Source: an uncultured Alphaproteobacteria bacterium
GTDB lineage: Bacteria > Pseudomonadota > Alphaproteobacteria > HIMB59 > GCA-002718135
Assembly (NCBI GenBank): GCA_902602885.1
Contig: CACKSM010000002.1
Span: 9,410 to 73,409, forward strand
Direction of reading: 5' to 3'
DNA length: 64,000 bases
The position numbers were made by a program, and so were the translations under genes. A model generated the notes under the pieces. It ran no database searches and was not told the DNA's origin. It saw only the letters and a list, made by a program, of their open reading frames with translations. Positions 48,071-58,163 of this stretch are shown piece by piece. Every line of letters starts with the position of its first letter. The first letter of the stretch is position 1.

Positions 48071-49948
48071 TTATGCTGCTTTTTTATTTTTATTTTTTTT
48101 TATATACCTAAGAAGTGCTATGGTGGCTGCTGGTGTTACGCCTGATATTCTTGAGGCTGCCCCAAGAGTTGGTGGTTTAATTTTAGTTAATTTTTCTACT
48201 ATCTCATTAGATAAGCTGCCAACTAGTTTATAATTCGTTGATTTTGGAATTGCTAAACTTTCTTCTTTTTCAAAATCTTGTATATCCATTCTTTGTCTAT
48301 CAAGATAGCCTGCGTACTTAGCTTCAATTTCTATTTGTTCTATTACATCGTCTTCTAAATCACTTAATTCAGGAAGTATTTTTTTTAGTTTAGTTGTTGT
48401 AATATTAGAAAACGACAAAAGATCTATGATATTTCTTTTCTTTCCATCTTTGTTTATTTTTATCCCCTTTTTCAGAAGTGCATTTGGTGAGAATTTGTAA
48501 TTTTTAACAAACTTAAAGCCTTCTTTTATTCTTTTGGATTTCTTTTCGAACTCTCTTTGCCTATCTATATCAACACACCCAATATCAATTCCAAGAGGTG
48601 TAAGTCTTAAATCTGCATTATCAGCTCGAAGTAAAAGTCTATATTCAGACCTTGAGGTAAACATTCTATATGGCTCTTTAGTTCCTTTAGTAACCAAATC
48701 ATCTATCAAAACACCTACATATCCGGAGGACCTGGGTATTATAAATTCTTTATTAGATGTTGTTTTAAGTGATGCATTTATCCCGGCCATTATACCTTGC
48801 GCAGCTGCTTCTTCGTATCCAGTTGTTCCATTTATCTGTCCTGCGAAAAATAAATTTTTTATTTTTTTTGTTTCAAGTGTGTGTGTTAGTTCTTGTGGGT
48901 CAACAAAATCATATTCAATGGCATAAGCAGGTTGTGTAATTGTAACATTCTCTAAACCTTTAATCGTTTTAACAAATTGTTCTTGAATTTCAGTTGGAAG
49001 TGAAGAAGATATTCCATTTGGATATATTAAATCACTATTTAATCCTTCTGGCTCAAGAAATATCTGGTGTGATGATTTGTTTTTAAATTTATGAATCTTA
49101 TCTTCAATAGATGGGCAATACCTAGCTCCCATTGATTTTATTTCTCCAGAATACATTGGTGACAAGCTGAGGTTCTGCGCAATTATTTCATGAGTTTTTT
49201 TGTTAGTATGGGTAATAAAACAAGATATTTGGGGAATGTGGATATCTCTGTTGATAAAAGAAAATGGAATAGGCTTTTTATCTGGGTGTTGTTCATTTAA
49301 GTCATTGAATTTTATGGTTTTTTTAAGTAATCTTGGGGGTGTTCCTGTCTTCAGTCTGCCTATTGAAAACTTTAGCTCCTTAAGTCTTTTTGCAAGTTTT
49401 ATTGAGGGCTTATCACCAACTCTTCCGGCTTCTTGCCTCTCAGAGCCTATTCTTATCAGGCCTTGTAGGAAGGTACCTGTGGTTAAAACTACAGATTTGG
49501 ATGATATCTTTTTGTTGTCACCTAAAACAACCCCATTTACCTGATTATTTAAAACAATTAAATCTTCTACTGAGCCCTCAATAATTTGAAGATTTTTTTG
49601 TTCAGATACGAGCTCATTTATAGCATTTTTATATAAAATACGGTCTGTTTGTGCCCTTGGCCCCCTTACGGCGGCACCTCTACTGGAGTTTAGCATTCTA
49701 AATTGTATACAGGATCTGTCAGTAGCTTTAGCCATAATTCCATCTAAAGCATCTATTTCTTTAACAAGATGTCCTTTTCCAAGACCTCCAATTGCAGGAT
49801 TGCATGACATTTCTCCTATTTTGTCGATTTTATGAGTAATTAATGCTGTTTTTGATCCAGTTCTAGCAGATGAGCATGCTGCTTCTACGCCCGCATGCCC
49901 TCCACCGATTACAATTACATCAAATTTATTGTCCATGTCTCTTTTCAC
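48071..49948 (-). CDS. mnmG: tRNA uridine 5-carboxymethylaminomethyl modification enzyme MnmG (GidA)
   Basis: 625 aa. [35 protein letters not shown] and [19 protein letters not shown]. Confidence 0.96.
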   Translation of the reverse strand: MKRDMDNKFDVIVIGGGHAGVEAACSSARTGSKTALITHKIDKIGEMSCNPAIGGLGKGHLVKEIDALDGIMAKATDRSCIQFRMLNSSRGAAVRGPRAQTDRILYKNAINELVSEQKNLQIIEGSVEDLIVLNNQVNGVVLGDNKKISSKSVVLTTGTFLQGLIRIGSERQEAGRVGDKPSIKLAKRLKELKFSIGRLKTGTPPRLLKKTIKFNDLNEQHPDKKPIPFSFINRDIHIPQISCFITHTNKKTHEIIAQNLSLSPMYSGEIKSMGARYCPSIEDKIHKFKNKSSHQIFLEPEGLNSDLIYPNGISSSLPTEIQEQFVKTIKGLENVTITQPAYAIEYDFVDPQELTHTLETKKIKNLFFAGQINGTTGYEEAAAQGIMAGINASLKTTSNKEFIIPRSSGYVGVLIDDLVTKGTKEPYRMFTSRSEYRLLLRADNADLRLTPLGIDIGCVDIDRQREFEKKSKRIKEGFKFVKNYKFSPNALLKKGIKINKDGKKRNIIDLLSFSNITTTKLKKILPELSDLEDDVIEQIEIEAKYAGYLDRQRMDIQDFEKEESLAIPKSTNYKLVGSLSNEIVEKLTKIKPPTLGAASRISGVTPAATIALLRYIKKNKNKKAA

Positions 49949-49954
49949 GTGAAA

Positions 49955-51241
49955 TTACTTGCCTATACAAAAATCACTAAATATTATATCCAAAATTTTC
50001 TCAATATCAAACTTTTGATTAATTCCATCAATATACATAATTGACCTTCTAACATTTTCAGCAGCAATATCTATTTCTTTTAAATCTAGACTTTTAAGTA
50101 ATAAAAGGGATTTATTTAGGTTTTCCATATGTCTTTCACGTGAAAAGACTGGTCCAGAAATTGGTTTTTTCTTTAATTTTGAAGATATGGTTTTAATAAG
50201 AGGCTTAATTCCATACCCAGATATTGTTGAAATGCTATGTACTCCACTAATTTTCTTTTTATTAGTATCATATTTTGATTTAACAAATATTTTTGATTTG
50301 ATTTTACTGTAGTTTTTCTTTTCATTGTTTTTAAGAAAAACTATATTTAAATCAGACTTTTCAGCGCTCTCTAAGGATCTTTCAATACCTATTTTTTCAA
50401 TTAAATTATGATATTTTCTTATTCCAGCTGTATCGATAAATGTGTATTTATCTCCTTGTATATCTAGTGTGGAGCTTACTAAATCTGTTGTAGTTCCTGG
50501 TATATTAGTAACTATAGAAACCTCCTTGTTATTAATATAATTAATAAAGGAAGATTTTCCTGTATTTGGCTTTCCAATAATAGTTATTGTAAAACCAACA
50601 TGGATTTGTTTAGATAAAGTTGATCTTTCGATAATTTTTTCAATTTGTTTATATATGTTCTTATTTTGTTCTCTTATGTTCTTATATATTTCTTTAGGAA
50701 GGTCTTCATCAGCAAAATCAATTATGGCCTCTATATCCGCTAGAAGTTTTTTTTGTTTATTTGATATTTCATTTATAAATTTATCTAAGTTTCCACTCAG
50801 ATTACCAATAGCTATCTTTCTTTGGTTTTCAGTTTCTGCATTAACTAAATCATTAATTGTTTCAGCTTCTAAAACACTAAGCTTATCATTCATTAAAGCT
50901 CTTTTGGTAAACTCTCCAGGCTCAGCAAGTCTGATCTGTTTTTTTAATAGGGTTTTAGTTATTTTGTTAATTACAGAAATACTTCCATGACAAGATATTT
51001 CCACCATATCCTCCCCTGTATAGCTTTTTGGTGATTTAAAAAAAGTTGTTAGCGTCTGATCTATAACGCTCTTACCATCTAATAAGTTGTTTAATGTAGC
51101 AAAGTTTGTTTTAAATTTTTTTTTAGAAGATATTGATTTAATTATTATGTGAGCGCCTTTTCCCGAAACCCTAAAAACAGCTATACCTGATTTACCTCTT
51201 TGTGTAGCAAGGGCAAAAATCGTATCCTTTGAAACTTTCAT
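49955..51241 (-). CDS. mnmE: tRNA modification GTPase MnmE (TrmE)
   Basis: 428 aa. DTIFALAT..GKSGIAV.R.SG, GKPNTGKSS G1 motif, DTAGIR, and a C-terminal FCIGK. Confidence 0.95.
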   Translation of the reverse strand: MKVSKDTIFALATQRGKSGIAVFRVSGKGAHIIIKSISSKKKFKTNFATLNNLLDGKSVIDQTLTTFFKSPKSYTGEDMVEISCHGSISVINKITKTLLKKQIRLAEPGEFTKRALMNDKLSVLEAETINDLVNAETENQRKIAIGNLSGNLDKFINEISNKQKKLLADIEAIIDFADEDLPKEIYKNIREQNKNIYKQIEKIIERSTLSKQIHVGFTITIIGKPNTGKSSFINYINNKEVSIVTNIPGTTTDLVSSTLDIQGDKYTFIDTAGIRKYHNLIEKIGIERSLESAEKSDLNIVFLKNNEKKNYSKIKSKIFVKSKYDTNKKKISGVHSISTISGYGIKPLIKTISSKLKKKPISGPVFSRERHMENLNKSLLLLKSLDLKEIDIAAENVRRSIMYIDGINQKFDIEKILDIIFSDFCIGK

Positions 51242-51315
51242 TTTTTGGGAATTAAACCCAAGATAGGATTAAGTAAATAAGAAAGACATTAAAAATTAAA
51301 TTTAGTAAGCGTGGT

Positions 51316-52752
51316 TTATTCTAACCACTCAACTAGATTTGAAACTTGTTCAGGTGTTGCAAAATCAAACTGCATGTTACCTTTGTTTATTAATAAGTGG
51401 TTTGTCATCCTGTGGTGTTGAACAGCGTTGTCACAAAGGAGATCCATAAGACCGTCGTTATTAACGTCAATTAATATGCTTTTTGAACAATAGGTATTCC
51501 ATGGATTGCTTTCAGACTGAACCATTGAGCCCCATACTTTTGCATCTTGCCACTCATCTAAAGGTTGAATTATAATATTTGTGTCGGCTATTTTTAACTT
51601 GCCATTTATATTTTCATAGACGACCCAAGCAGATCCTGAATAATACATACCAACAGTGGAGCTTACTAAATCTAAATCTCCATCATTATCAAAATCAAAA
51701 GCTGTCATTTCTGGAACCTCAGAGAAGATAAAATTTCCTACTCTTGCTGGCTCAAGTATGTGAGCTTGTTTAAATTTACCCTTTGTGTTTCCATAATATA
51801 AAGCAATGAAGTGTGAATTCTTGGTTTCTTTAACAACATTTCCTTGGGGTGATTGTTTTCTATATTCTGCATTAAAATGGGCGTTGCCAGCAACAATGTC
51901 CAGTATTCCATCATTGTTAAAGTCGGCAAGGGACGCAACAAAAAAAGCGCCTTTTTTTCTTGTAATGCATTTTTTTGATTTAAAATTACCTTTACCATCG
52001 TTGTAATGACAAATTACGCCTGTGAAATCTGTAGTTATCACATCAATGTCCCCGTCATTATCAATATCTCCTGCATCTGATCCGTGTGAAAAACCTTGAA
52101 ATGTAGAAGTTTTTTTATCGACTAGATGTCCAGTATGTCTTGAGGCGACCCACCTAAAAGGTCCGATCGAAACCAAAACCGGATTAACTCCCTTATAGTT
52201 AAATTTACCATTATTGAGTTCTACAGCTGCATTTGCAATGAAAAAATCGTCGATACCGTCGTCATTAAAATCTTGTATTATTATACGTGATGTTCCATTA
52301 GGATATCCATTGTCATTTGATATGCCCCACTCGAAAACGTCTGTGTTGTTTAGTTTTGTAAAGTTAAGAAATTCATCTACGGAGTATATTTGGTAGGGTA
52401 GTAAGTTTGTATTAATTGTTCCACATCCTACCCTTCCTTCTTTGGATTTTTGACCTTCTTGACAGGGCTTTCCAGTTCCCCAAGTGATATAATCTAACCT
52501 ACCGTTTCCATCAAAATCACCAAAAAAAGCGCCTTCTCTAAAAAAAATTGCCCTATCATTATTTACGTTTTTTTTCATCCAATCTCTACTTGGTAAAACA
52601 TATTTGCCATTTTCATTTTTCATTGTGTCGTCAATATAATGACCAGAAAGTGTAAGTCCGAGTTTTTCTATGTTTTTTTCAAACTGATTGGCAAATAAGT
52701 TTATTGGAAATAGGAGTATTAATAAAAAAACAAAATTTTTTTTGGAAAACAC
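51316..52752 (-). CDS. Secreted FG-GAP/VCBS repeat protein
   Basis: 478 aa. Signal peptide MFSKKNFVFLLILLFPINLFA. Repeated Ca-binding-like loops: DFDGNGRLDY, DFNDDGIDDF, DIDNDGDIDV, DFNNDGILDI, DFDNDGDLDL and DVNNDGLMDL. Confidence 0.8.
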   Translation of the reverse strand: MFSKKNFVFLLILLFPINLFANQFEKNIEKLGLTLSGHYIDDTMKNENGKYVLPSRDWMKKNVNNDRAIFFREGAFFGDFDGNGRLDYITWGTGKPCQEGQKSKEGRVGCGTINTNLLPYQIYSVDEFLNFTKLNNTDVFEWGISNDNGYPNGTSRIIIQDFNDDGIDDFFIANAAVELNNGKFNYKGVNPVLVSIGPFRWVASRHTGHLVDKKTSTFQGFSHGSDAGDIDNDGDIDVITTDFTGVICHYNDGKGNFKSKKCITRKKGAFFVASLADFNNDGILDIVAGNAHFNAEYRKQSPQGNVVKETKNSHFIALYYGNTKGKFKQAHILEPARVGNFIFSEVPEMTAFDFDNDGDLDLVSSTVGMYYSGSAWVVYENINGKLKIADTNIIIQPLDEWQDAKVWGSMVQSESNPWNTYCSKSILIDVNNDGLMDLLCDNAVQHHRMTNHLLINKGNMQFDFATPEQVSNLVEWLE

Positions 52753-52799
52753 ATCTCTCTATTATTAAAAAAAAATTAAAAAAAAAGAAAAAATTATAT

Positions 52800-54056
52800 T
52801 TATTTAGTTCCCATGCTTTGGAAGAACTCGCTGTTAGTTTTTGTATTTTTCATTTTATCCAACAAGAACTCCATGGCTTCTGTGCTTCCCATTGGGGCTA
52901 ATATTTTTCTTAAAATAAAGATTTTTCCAAGCTCGTCTTTATCAAGTAATAACTCTTCTTTTCTTGTTCCTGACTTACCAATATCAAAAGCTGGATAGGT
53001 TCTTTTTTGACTTAGTTTTCTATCTAGAACCATTTCACTATTACCGGTACCTTTAAATTCTTCAAATATAACTTCATCCATTCTACTTCCTGTATCTATT
53101 AAAGCAGTGGCAATAATTGTAAGAGATCCGCCTTTTTCAACGTTTCTTGCAGCTCCGAAAAATCTTTTTGGTCTTTGTAAGGCATTGGCATCAACACCTC
53201 CTGTTAATACCTTTCCACTAGAGGGTACAACAGTATTGTAAGCTCTTCCAAGTCTGGTGATTGAATCAAGAAGGATTACAACATCATGTTTATATTCAAC
53301 GAGTCTTTTAGCCTTTTCAATTACCATTTCAGCTACCTGAACGTGGCGTGAAGCGGGTTCATCAAATGTTGAACTAATTACCTCACCCTTAACTGATCTT
53401 TGCATGTCTGTAACTTCTTCTGGTCTTTCATCAATTAACAGAACAATCAATTTAGCGTCTGGGCTATTAGAAGTTATAGCATTGGCAATTTTTTGCATAA
53501 TTATTGTTTTACCAGTGAAAGGTTGTGCAACAATTAATTGTCTTTGTCCTTTCCCAAGAGGAGCAATAATATCAATTATTCTTTCTGTATTATCTGGCAT
53601 TGGTTTTTCTTGCTCAAGTTTGAACCTTGCTTCAGGATACAACGGTGTTAAATCTTCAAAGTTAACCCTGTTCTTAACCAAATCAGTTTCTTGACCGTTT
53701 ATTTTGTTAATTTTAGTTATAGCAAAATATCTTTCTCCTTGCTTTGGAGATCTAATTTCACCTTCAACACTATCACCCGTTCTTAAGCTAAATTTTTTAA
53801 TTTGTGATGGAGAAATATAGATATCATCTGGACCCGGGAGATAATTTGACTCTGAAGACCTTAAAAAACCAAAACCATCTTGCATAATTTCAATAACCCC
53901 TAAACCAGTAATAATTTCACCTTCTTCAGCAATTGTTTTTAAAATTGCAAACATCAGGTCTTGCTTCCTAAGAGATGAAGGGTTTTCTATACCAAGTTTA
54001 TCTGCTTGTTTTAAAAGTTCTTGGGGGTCTTTTCCTTTTAATTCTTGTAAATTCAT
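52800..54056 (-). CDS. rho: Transcription termination factor Rho
   Basis: 418 aa. N-terminal LNLQELK...L, RNP-like FGFLR, Walker A (AQPFTGKT) and [13 protein letters not shown]. Confidence 0.97.
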   Translation of the reverse strand: MNLQELKGKDPQELLKQADKLGIENPSSLRKQDLMFAILKTIAEEGEIITGLGVIEIMQDGFGFLRSSESNYLPGPDDIYISPSQIKKFSLRTGDSVEGEIRSPKQGERYFAITKINKINGQETDLVKNRVNFEDLTPLYPEARFKLEQEKPMPDNTERIIDIIAPLGKGQRQLIVAQPFTGKTIIMQKIANAITSNSPDAKLIVLLIDERPEEVTDMQRSVKGEVISSTFDEPASRHVQVAEMVIEKAKRLVEYKHDVVILLDSITRLGRAYNTVVPSSGKVLTGGVDANALQRPKRFFGAARNVEKGGSLTIIATALIDTGSRMDEVIFEEFKGTGNSEMVLDRKLSQKRTYPAFDIGKSGTRKEELLLDKDELGKIFILRKILAPMGSTEAMEFLLDKMKNTKTNSEFFQSMGTK

Positions 54057-54476
54057 AATGTTGTTGGAGTAGTTTAGAAATGAATATTTTTAATAATCAA
54101 AATTAAAGTTAATGTCAAAATAATAATAAATATATAATTTATAAATTAATTGTAGTGTTAGTTGTGACGTTAAAAAGCTTAGTTATTGCTTTATTATTGT
54201 ATCATTCTTTATTTACCAACACATGAATAACAATTCTAAGAAATACGTTAATTTAAAGAATATTGAAAAAAATTATTATTTTTAAATAATTTGTAATTTA
54301 ATAAATTTCTAATAACTTGTTACTAATTTTGTATAATAAACATATTAACACCCTCCCTATAATATTCAGACAAGTTATTAAGTTGTTAACAACACATTTT
54401 TAAAACAAAAGAAGTATTTCTTAAATTCAAATTATATTTAATAGTGTTTATAACTATAATTTTTATTAACATACTT
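54057..54476. other. Candidate chromosomal replication origin (oriC) region
   Basis: This 420-bp non-coding spacer is the largest in the core part of the window. Genes diverge from it: 45.9-54.1 kb are all minus-strand and 54.5-58.7 kb are all plus-strand. The flanks (rho-mnmE-mnmG-rsmG-parAB | maf-aroE-coaE-dnaQ) are the genes that flank Cori in Caulobacter. I saw no perfect DnaA box. Confidence 0.4.
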
Positions 54477-55067
54477 ATGAACCAAAAATTTATATTAGCT
54501 AGTTCAAGCAAATCTAGATATAAAATATTAAAAAATGCAGGATTAAATTTCACACAAAAAAAACCAAATTGCAACGAAGAGGATATTAAAAAAACCATCA
54601 ATAGAAAAACAAAGCCGGAGATTTTTGCAAAAAAACTTTCCTATGAAAAAGCAAGAAGTGTAAGTAGACAAAAAACTTATGCCAACAAAATTGTTTTAGG
54701 CTGTGATACCGTCATTTATCACAATGGAAAAATTTTAGATAAAGCAAAATCTATTGAGAAAGCCAAAAAAAAAATCAAGTCTCTATCAGGAAAAGAACAC
54801 CTAATAGTATCAGGCCTAACCATTTGTTTGAACGGCTCCAAGATTTGGGACAATTATGAAAAAACTCATGTTAAAATAAGAAAACTTAATAACAGCGAAA
54901 TAAATACATATCTAAAAAAAACAGGTAAACAAATACTAAGCTCCGTAGGGTGTTATCAAATAGAAAGTTTAGGGCCAAATATTATTGAGAGTATAAAAGG
55001 AGATTATTTTAATGTTATGGGATTACCTTTATTTAATTTACTAGATTATTTATATTCAAAAAAATGA
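54477..55067 (+). CDS. maf: Maf-like nucleoside triphosphate pyrophosphatase
   Basis: ATG 54477 gives MNQKFILASSSKSRYKIL. Also GCDTV, and C-terminal GCYQIE..G...I..I.GDYFNVMGLPL. The track start at 54444 adds an unlikely hydrophobic extension. Confidence 0.9.
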   Translation: MNQKFILASSSKSRYKILKNAGLNFTQKKPNCNEEDIKKTINRKTKPEIFAKKLSYEKARSVSRQKTYANKIVLGCDTVIYHNGKILDKAKSIEKAKKKIKSLSGKEHLIVSGLTICLNGSKIWDNYEKTHVKIRKLNNSEINTYLKKTGKQILSSVGCYQIESLGPNIIESIKGDYFNVMGLPLFNLLDYLYSKK

Positions 55068-55846
55068 AAAAACTTTATGTAGTTGGGAACAAAGCATCTA
55101 AAAGCCTTTCACCAACAATATTTAATTATTGGTTTAAAAAATATAACATTAAAGCAAGATACGGGTATTTAGAGCTTACTGAAAAAAACTTTCATAATAA
55201 AATAAAAGATATTTTGGAAAAAAAAGATACGCTTGGCCTAAATATTACCATTCCTTTTAAAAACAAAATTATAAGACATCTTGGCAAAATAGATGTTCAT
55301 GCAAAAAAAATTGGTGCAGTAAATTGTGTAACAAACAAAAAAACTATAAACGGAACGAATACTGATTGGACAGGGTATTACAAAACCCTACCAAGCATAA
55401 AAAAGACTAAAAAAAGAAAAGTTATTATTTTAGGTTATGGAGGCGCATCACACGCTATTCATTATGTTTTAAAGAAGAGGGGTTTTAAGGATATTTTAAT
55501 TTTCAACAGATCTAAGAAAAAAATTAAGTATTCAAAAAACACTGAATATACAAAAAAATATAGTGATCTTGAAACACACCTTGAAGGAGTTTTTTTAATA
55601 ATTAATACTACACCAATAAACCCTATGTTAAAAAAACACTTAAAACTTATTACCAAATCCACAATTGTAAGCGACATTGTTTACAAACCAAAAAATACTT
55701 CATTTCTCAAACAGTTTCCGCAGAATAAAAAGATTTATGGAATATCAATGTTGATCGAACAGGCCAAACCGTGTTTTAAAATGTGGTTTGGTAAAAATCC
55801 ATCTGTAGATGTAAAAATGCTTAACGCTATTTATAAAAAAATTTAA
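55064..55846 (+). CDS. aroE: Shikimate dehydrogenase
   Basis: 260 aa. SLSP.IFN.WF, LNITIPFK, GAVNCV, GTNTDW.G and ILGYGGASHAI. Confidence 0.88.
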   Translation: MKKLYVVGNKASKSLSPTIFNYWFKKYNIKARYGYLELTEKNFHNKIKDILEKKDTLGLNITIPFKNKIIRHLGKIDVHAKKIGAVNCVTNKKTINGTNTDWTGYYKTLPSIKKTKKRKVIILGYGGASHAIHYVLKKRGFKDILIFNRSKKKIKYSKNTEYTKKYSDLETHLEGVFLIINTTPINPMLKKHLKLITKSTIVSDIVYKPKNTSFLKQFPQNKKIYGISMLIEQAKPCFKMWFGKNPSVDVKMLNAIYKKI

Positions 55847-56436
55847 TGACAAAAACTATAGCAATAACAGGCGGCATAGGATCGGGTAAATCAACTTTTT
55901 GTAGTAAATTAAAAGAAAAAGGTTTTAAAATCCACAGCTCTGATGAGCAGGTGGCCAAAATATATAAAAACCCTGAAAAAAAATTTGTTACTTATTTACG
56001 TACCATAGGCTTGTCTAAGTCTATTTCAAAAAAAAACATAGATAAAAAAATTATATCAAAGATTATTTTTAAAAATAAACAGATAAGAAAAAAGCTCGAG
56101 TTATACATATTTAAAATAGTTAGAAAAAAGAGGTCTGATTTTATAAAACAAGAAAAACAAAAAAAAACAAAGTTAATATTTATTGATATACCATTATTGT
56201 TTGAAAACAATTTAGAGAAACGGTTCAACAAAGTAATATCGATAATAGCCTCCAAACAAGTAAGATTAAAAAGATTAAAAAAAACGAGAAACATGAGTGA
56301 AAACCAGTTTAAGAATATAACTCGATCTCAAACATCAGACGTTATAAGAAAAAAGAAATCTGATTATGTTATTTATAACAACTCGACATTAAAGGATTAT
56401 AAAATTAAGATTAATAAGCTAATAAGTAAACTTTAG
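55846..56436 (+). CDS. coaE: Dephospho-CoA kinase
   Basis: 196 aa. IAITGGIGSGKST P-loop, and IPLLFE. Confidence 0.9.
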   Translation: MTKTIAITGGIGSGKSTFCSKLKEKGFKIHSSDEQVAKIYKNPEKKFVTYLRTIGLSKSISKKNIDKKIISKIIFKNKQIRKKLELYIFKIVRKKRSDFIKQEKQKKTKLIFIDIPLLFENNLEKRFNKVISIIASKQVRLKRLKKTRNMSENQFKNITRSQTSDVIRKKKSDYVIYNNSTLKDYKIKINKLISKL

Positions 56437-56444
56437 TTAAAATA

Positions 56445-57119
56445 ATGAGAGAAATAGTAATTGATACAGAAACCACAGGCCTTGATTATAAGGCTGGTGA
56501 CAGAATAATAGAAGTTGGTTGTGTGGAACTCAAAAATTATGTTCCTACAGGAAACACACTCCAATTTTATTGCAAACCAGACAGAAGTATAAGCGAAGGG
56601 GCAAAAAACATTGTGGGCCTTTCAGATGATTTTCTTAACCAACAAAAACCATTTGAAGAAAACCATAAGGAGCTTTTAAATTTTTTGAAAAACGACACTT
56701 TGATAATTCACAATGCATCATTTGATTTGGGTTTTATAAATAGTGAGTTGTCAATCTTAGGGCTGCCTCATTTAGATAATCCTGTAGTTGATACAGTTTC
56801 TCTTGCAAGAGAAGTTCTAAATACAAGAATAGCTAACCTCGACTATTTATGTAGAAGATTTAACATTGATTTATCAGACAGATCATTTCACGGAGCCTTA
56901 CTTGACTCCCAGCTTTTAGCCGCAGTTTATTTAGAGTTAAGAGGAGGCAAGCAATTTTCTATGGAGCTGAATTCAAACATTGATGAAAAAAACACTCAAA
57001 TTAACAACAAAAACGAAACAAAAACCAAAATAATAGAAGTTAATAAAGAAGATTATTTTGCCCATAAAGAAATGTTAAAAAAACTAAAAAACCCCCTCTG
57101 GAAAAAATTTAACTATTAA
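56445..57119 (+). CDS. dnaQ: DNA polymerase III epsilon subunit (3'-5' exonuclease)
   Basis: 224 aa. IVIDTETTGL (Exo I), LIIHNASFDLGF (Exo II) and HGALLDSQLLAAVY (Exo III). Confidence 0.93.
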   Translation: MREIVIDTETTGLDYKAGDRIIEVGCVELKNYVPTGNTLQFYCKPDRSISEGAKNIVGLSDDFLNQQKPFEENHKELLNFLKNDTLIIHNASFDLGFINSELSILGLPHLDNPVVDTVSLAREVLNTRIANLDYLCRRFNIDLSDRSFHGALLDSQLLAAVYLELRGGKQFSMELNSNIDEKNTQINNKNETKTKIIEVNKEDYFAHKEMLKKLKNPLWKKFNY

Positions 57120-57149
57120 TATTTAAAAAAGTTATTATATTAAAATTAA

Positions 57150-57731
57150 ATGATCTACGGCGACCTTCAATTTTTTGATATTCTAATTTTTGCAGCTATT
57201 GCTGGTTTTATTATTTATAGATTGAGGAGTGTTCTAGGAAAAAGAACAGGGTTTCAAAAAAATATTTCAGATCCAAAACCTCAACAAACTAAAAAACAAG
57301 AAGATGTTCAAAAAATACCATCACTAATGGATAATGAGATAAAGCTTGAAGCTGTATATAAAAAAGTAAATAATTTTAATCACAGAGAGTTTCTTGATGG
57401 CGCCAAGAAAGCTTTTGAAATTATAATTTCATCTTTCAATAATGGAGATAAAAAAACACTGAAAAATCTTGTGTCTAAAGATGTTTATTCTGCTTTTGAA
57501 AAAGCAATCGATGAAAAAACAAACAATCCAGAATCACAATTTTATTCACTCATTGTAGAGGGCATCGCAGATGCGAAAGTAGAAAATGACACAATATCAA
57601 TATCGGTCAATTTTATTAGTGAACAGATGTTAAATAATGATGAGGGCTCTATTGTTAAAAATAAAGACACTTGGACTTTTGAAAAACCAGTAAACTCCTC
57701 TACCCCCATATGGATATTAACTCAGACTTAA
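57150..57731 (+). CDS. Tim44-like domain membrane protein
   Basis: 193 aa. An N-terminal TM helix is followed by FLDGAKKAFE.I...F..GD...L..L.S..V...F...I and ...W.F, as in the Tim44 C-terminal-like domain. Confidence 0.75.
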   Translation: MIYGDLQFFDILIFAAIAGFIIYRLRSVLGKRTGFQKNISDPKPQQTKKQEDVQKIPSLMDNEIKLEAVYKKVNNFNHREFLDGAKKAFEIIISSFNNGDKKTLKNLVSKDVYSAFEKAIDEKTNNPESQFYSLIVEGIADAKVENDTISISVNFISEQMLNNDEGSIVKNKDTWTFEKPVNSSTPIWILTQT

Positions 57732-57734
57732 TAT

Positions 57735-58163
57735 TTGTCCTTTAAAGAACTCAAAGACCGGATTAAAAAAAACGAAGGCTATTCTGATAAGCCTTATCAA
57801 GATCAATTAGGGTTTTATACTATTGGCTATGGTCATCTTATTACAGAAAAAGAAAATAAATATTACATTAAAAAATTTAAAAAAAAATATTTTGAAGAAC
57901 TGTTTGAGATAGACTTTAAAAAAGCTCACGAACAATACAAAAAAAAATTTTTTAAAAAAAATCATACAAGTTTGGAGAAGGAATTATTAATAGAAATGAT
58001 TTTTCAGCTTGGAGCAAAAGGCGTCTCTAAATTTAAGAAAATGCTTTATTTTCTAAATAAAAAACAAAAATTCATGGCTTCACTAGAGATGTTAGACAGC
58101 TTGTGGTATTTACAAACACCTGAAAGAGTAAAGAGTTTAATTAAAAACTATACAAAAAAATAA
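57735..58163 (+). CDS. GH24 (phage T4/lambda-type) lysozyme-like protein
   Basis: 142 aa. ...IKKNEGYSDKPYQDQLGFYTIGYGHLI matches the GH24 catalytic-Glu region (EG....Y.D..G..TIGYGH). TTG start at 57735, with no nearby in-frame ATG. Confidence 0.7.
   Translation: MSFKELKDRIKKNEGYSDKPYQDQLGFYTIGYGHLITEKENKYYIKKFKKKYFEELFEIDFKKAHEQYKKKFFKKNHTSLEKELLIEMIFQLGAKGVSKFKKMLYFLNKKQKFMASLEMLDSLWYLQTPERVKSLIKNYTKK

Noticed and set aside
54057-54476. CtrA-type TTAA-N7-TTAA sites and perfect DnaA boxes in the candidate origin
   Set aside because: I found no perfect TTATCCACA/TGTGGATAA and no TTAA-N7-TTAA with correct spacing by eye. In ~80% A+T sequence near-matches are expected by chance, so none are annotated as binding sites.
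54386-54601. 71-aa minus-strand ORF spanning the maf start and the putative origin spacer
   Set aside because: It overlaps the well-supported maf N-terminus on the other strand, and its translation is an AT-rich Phe/Ile/Asn-rich string typical of random ORFs.
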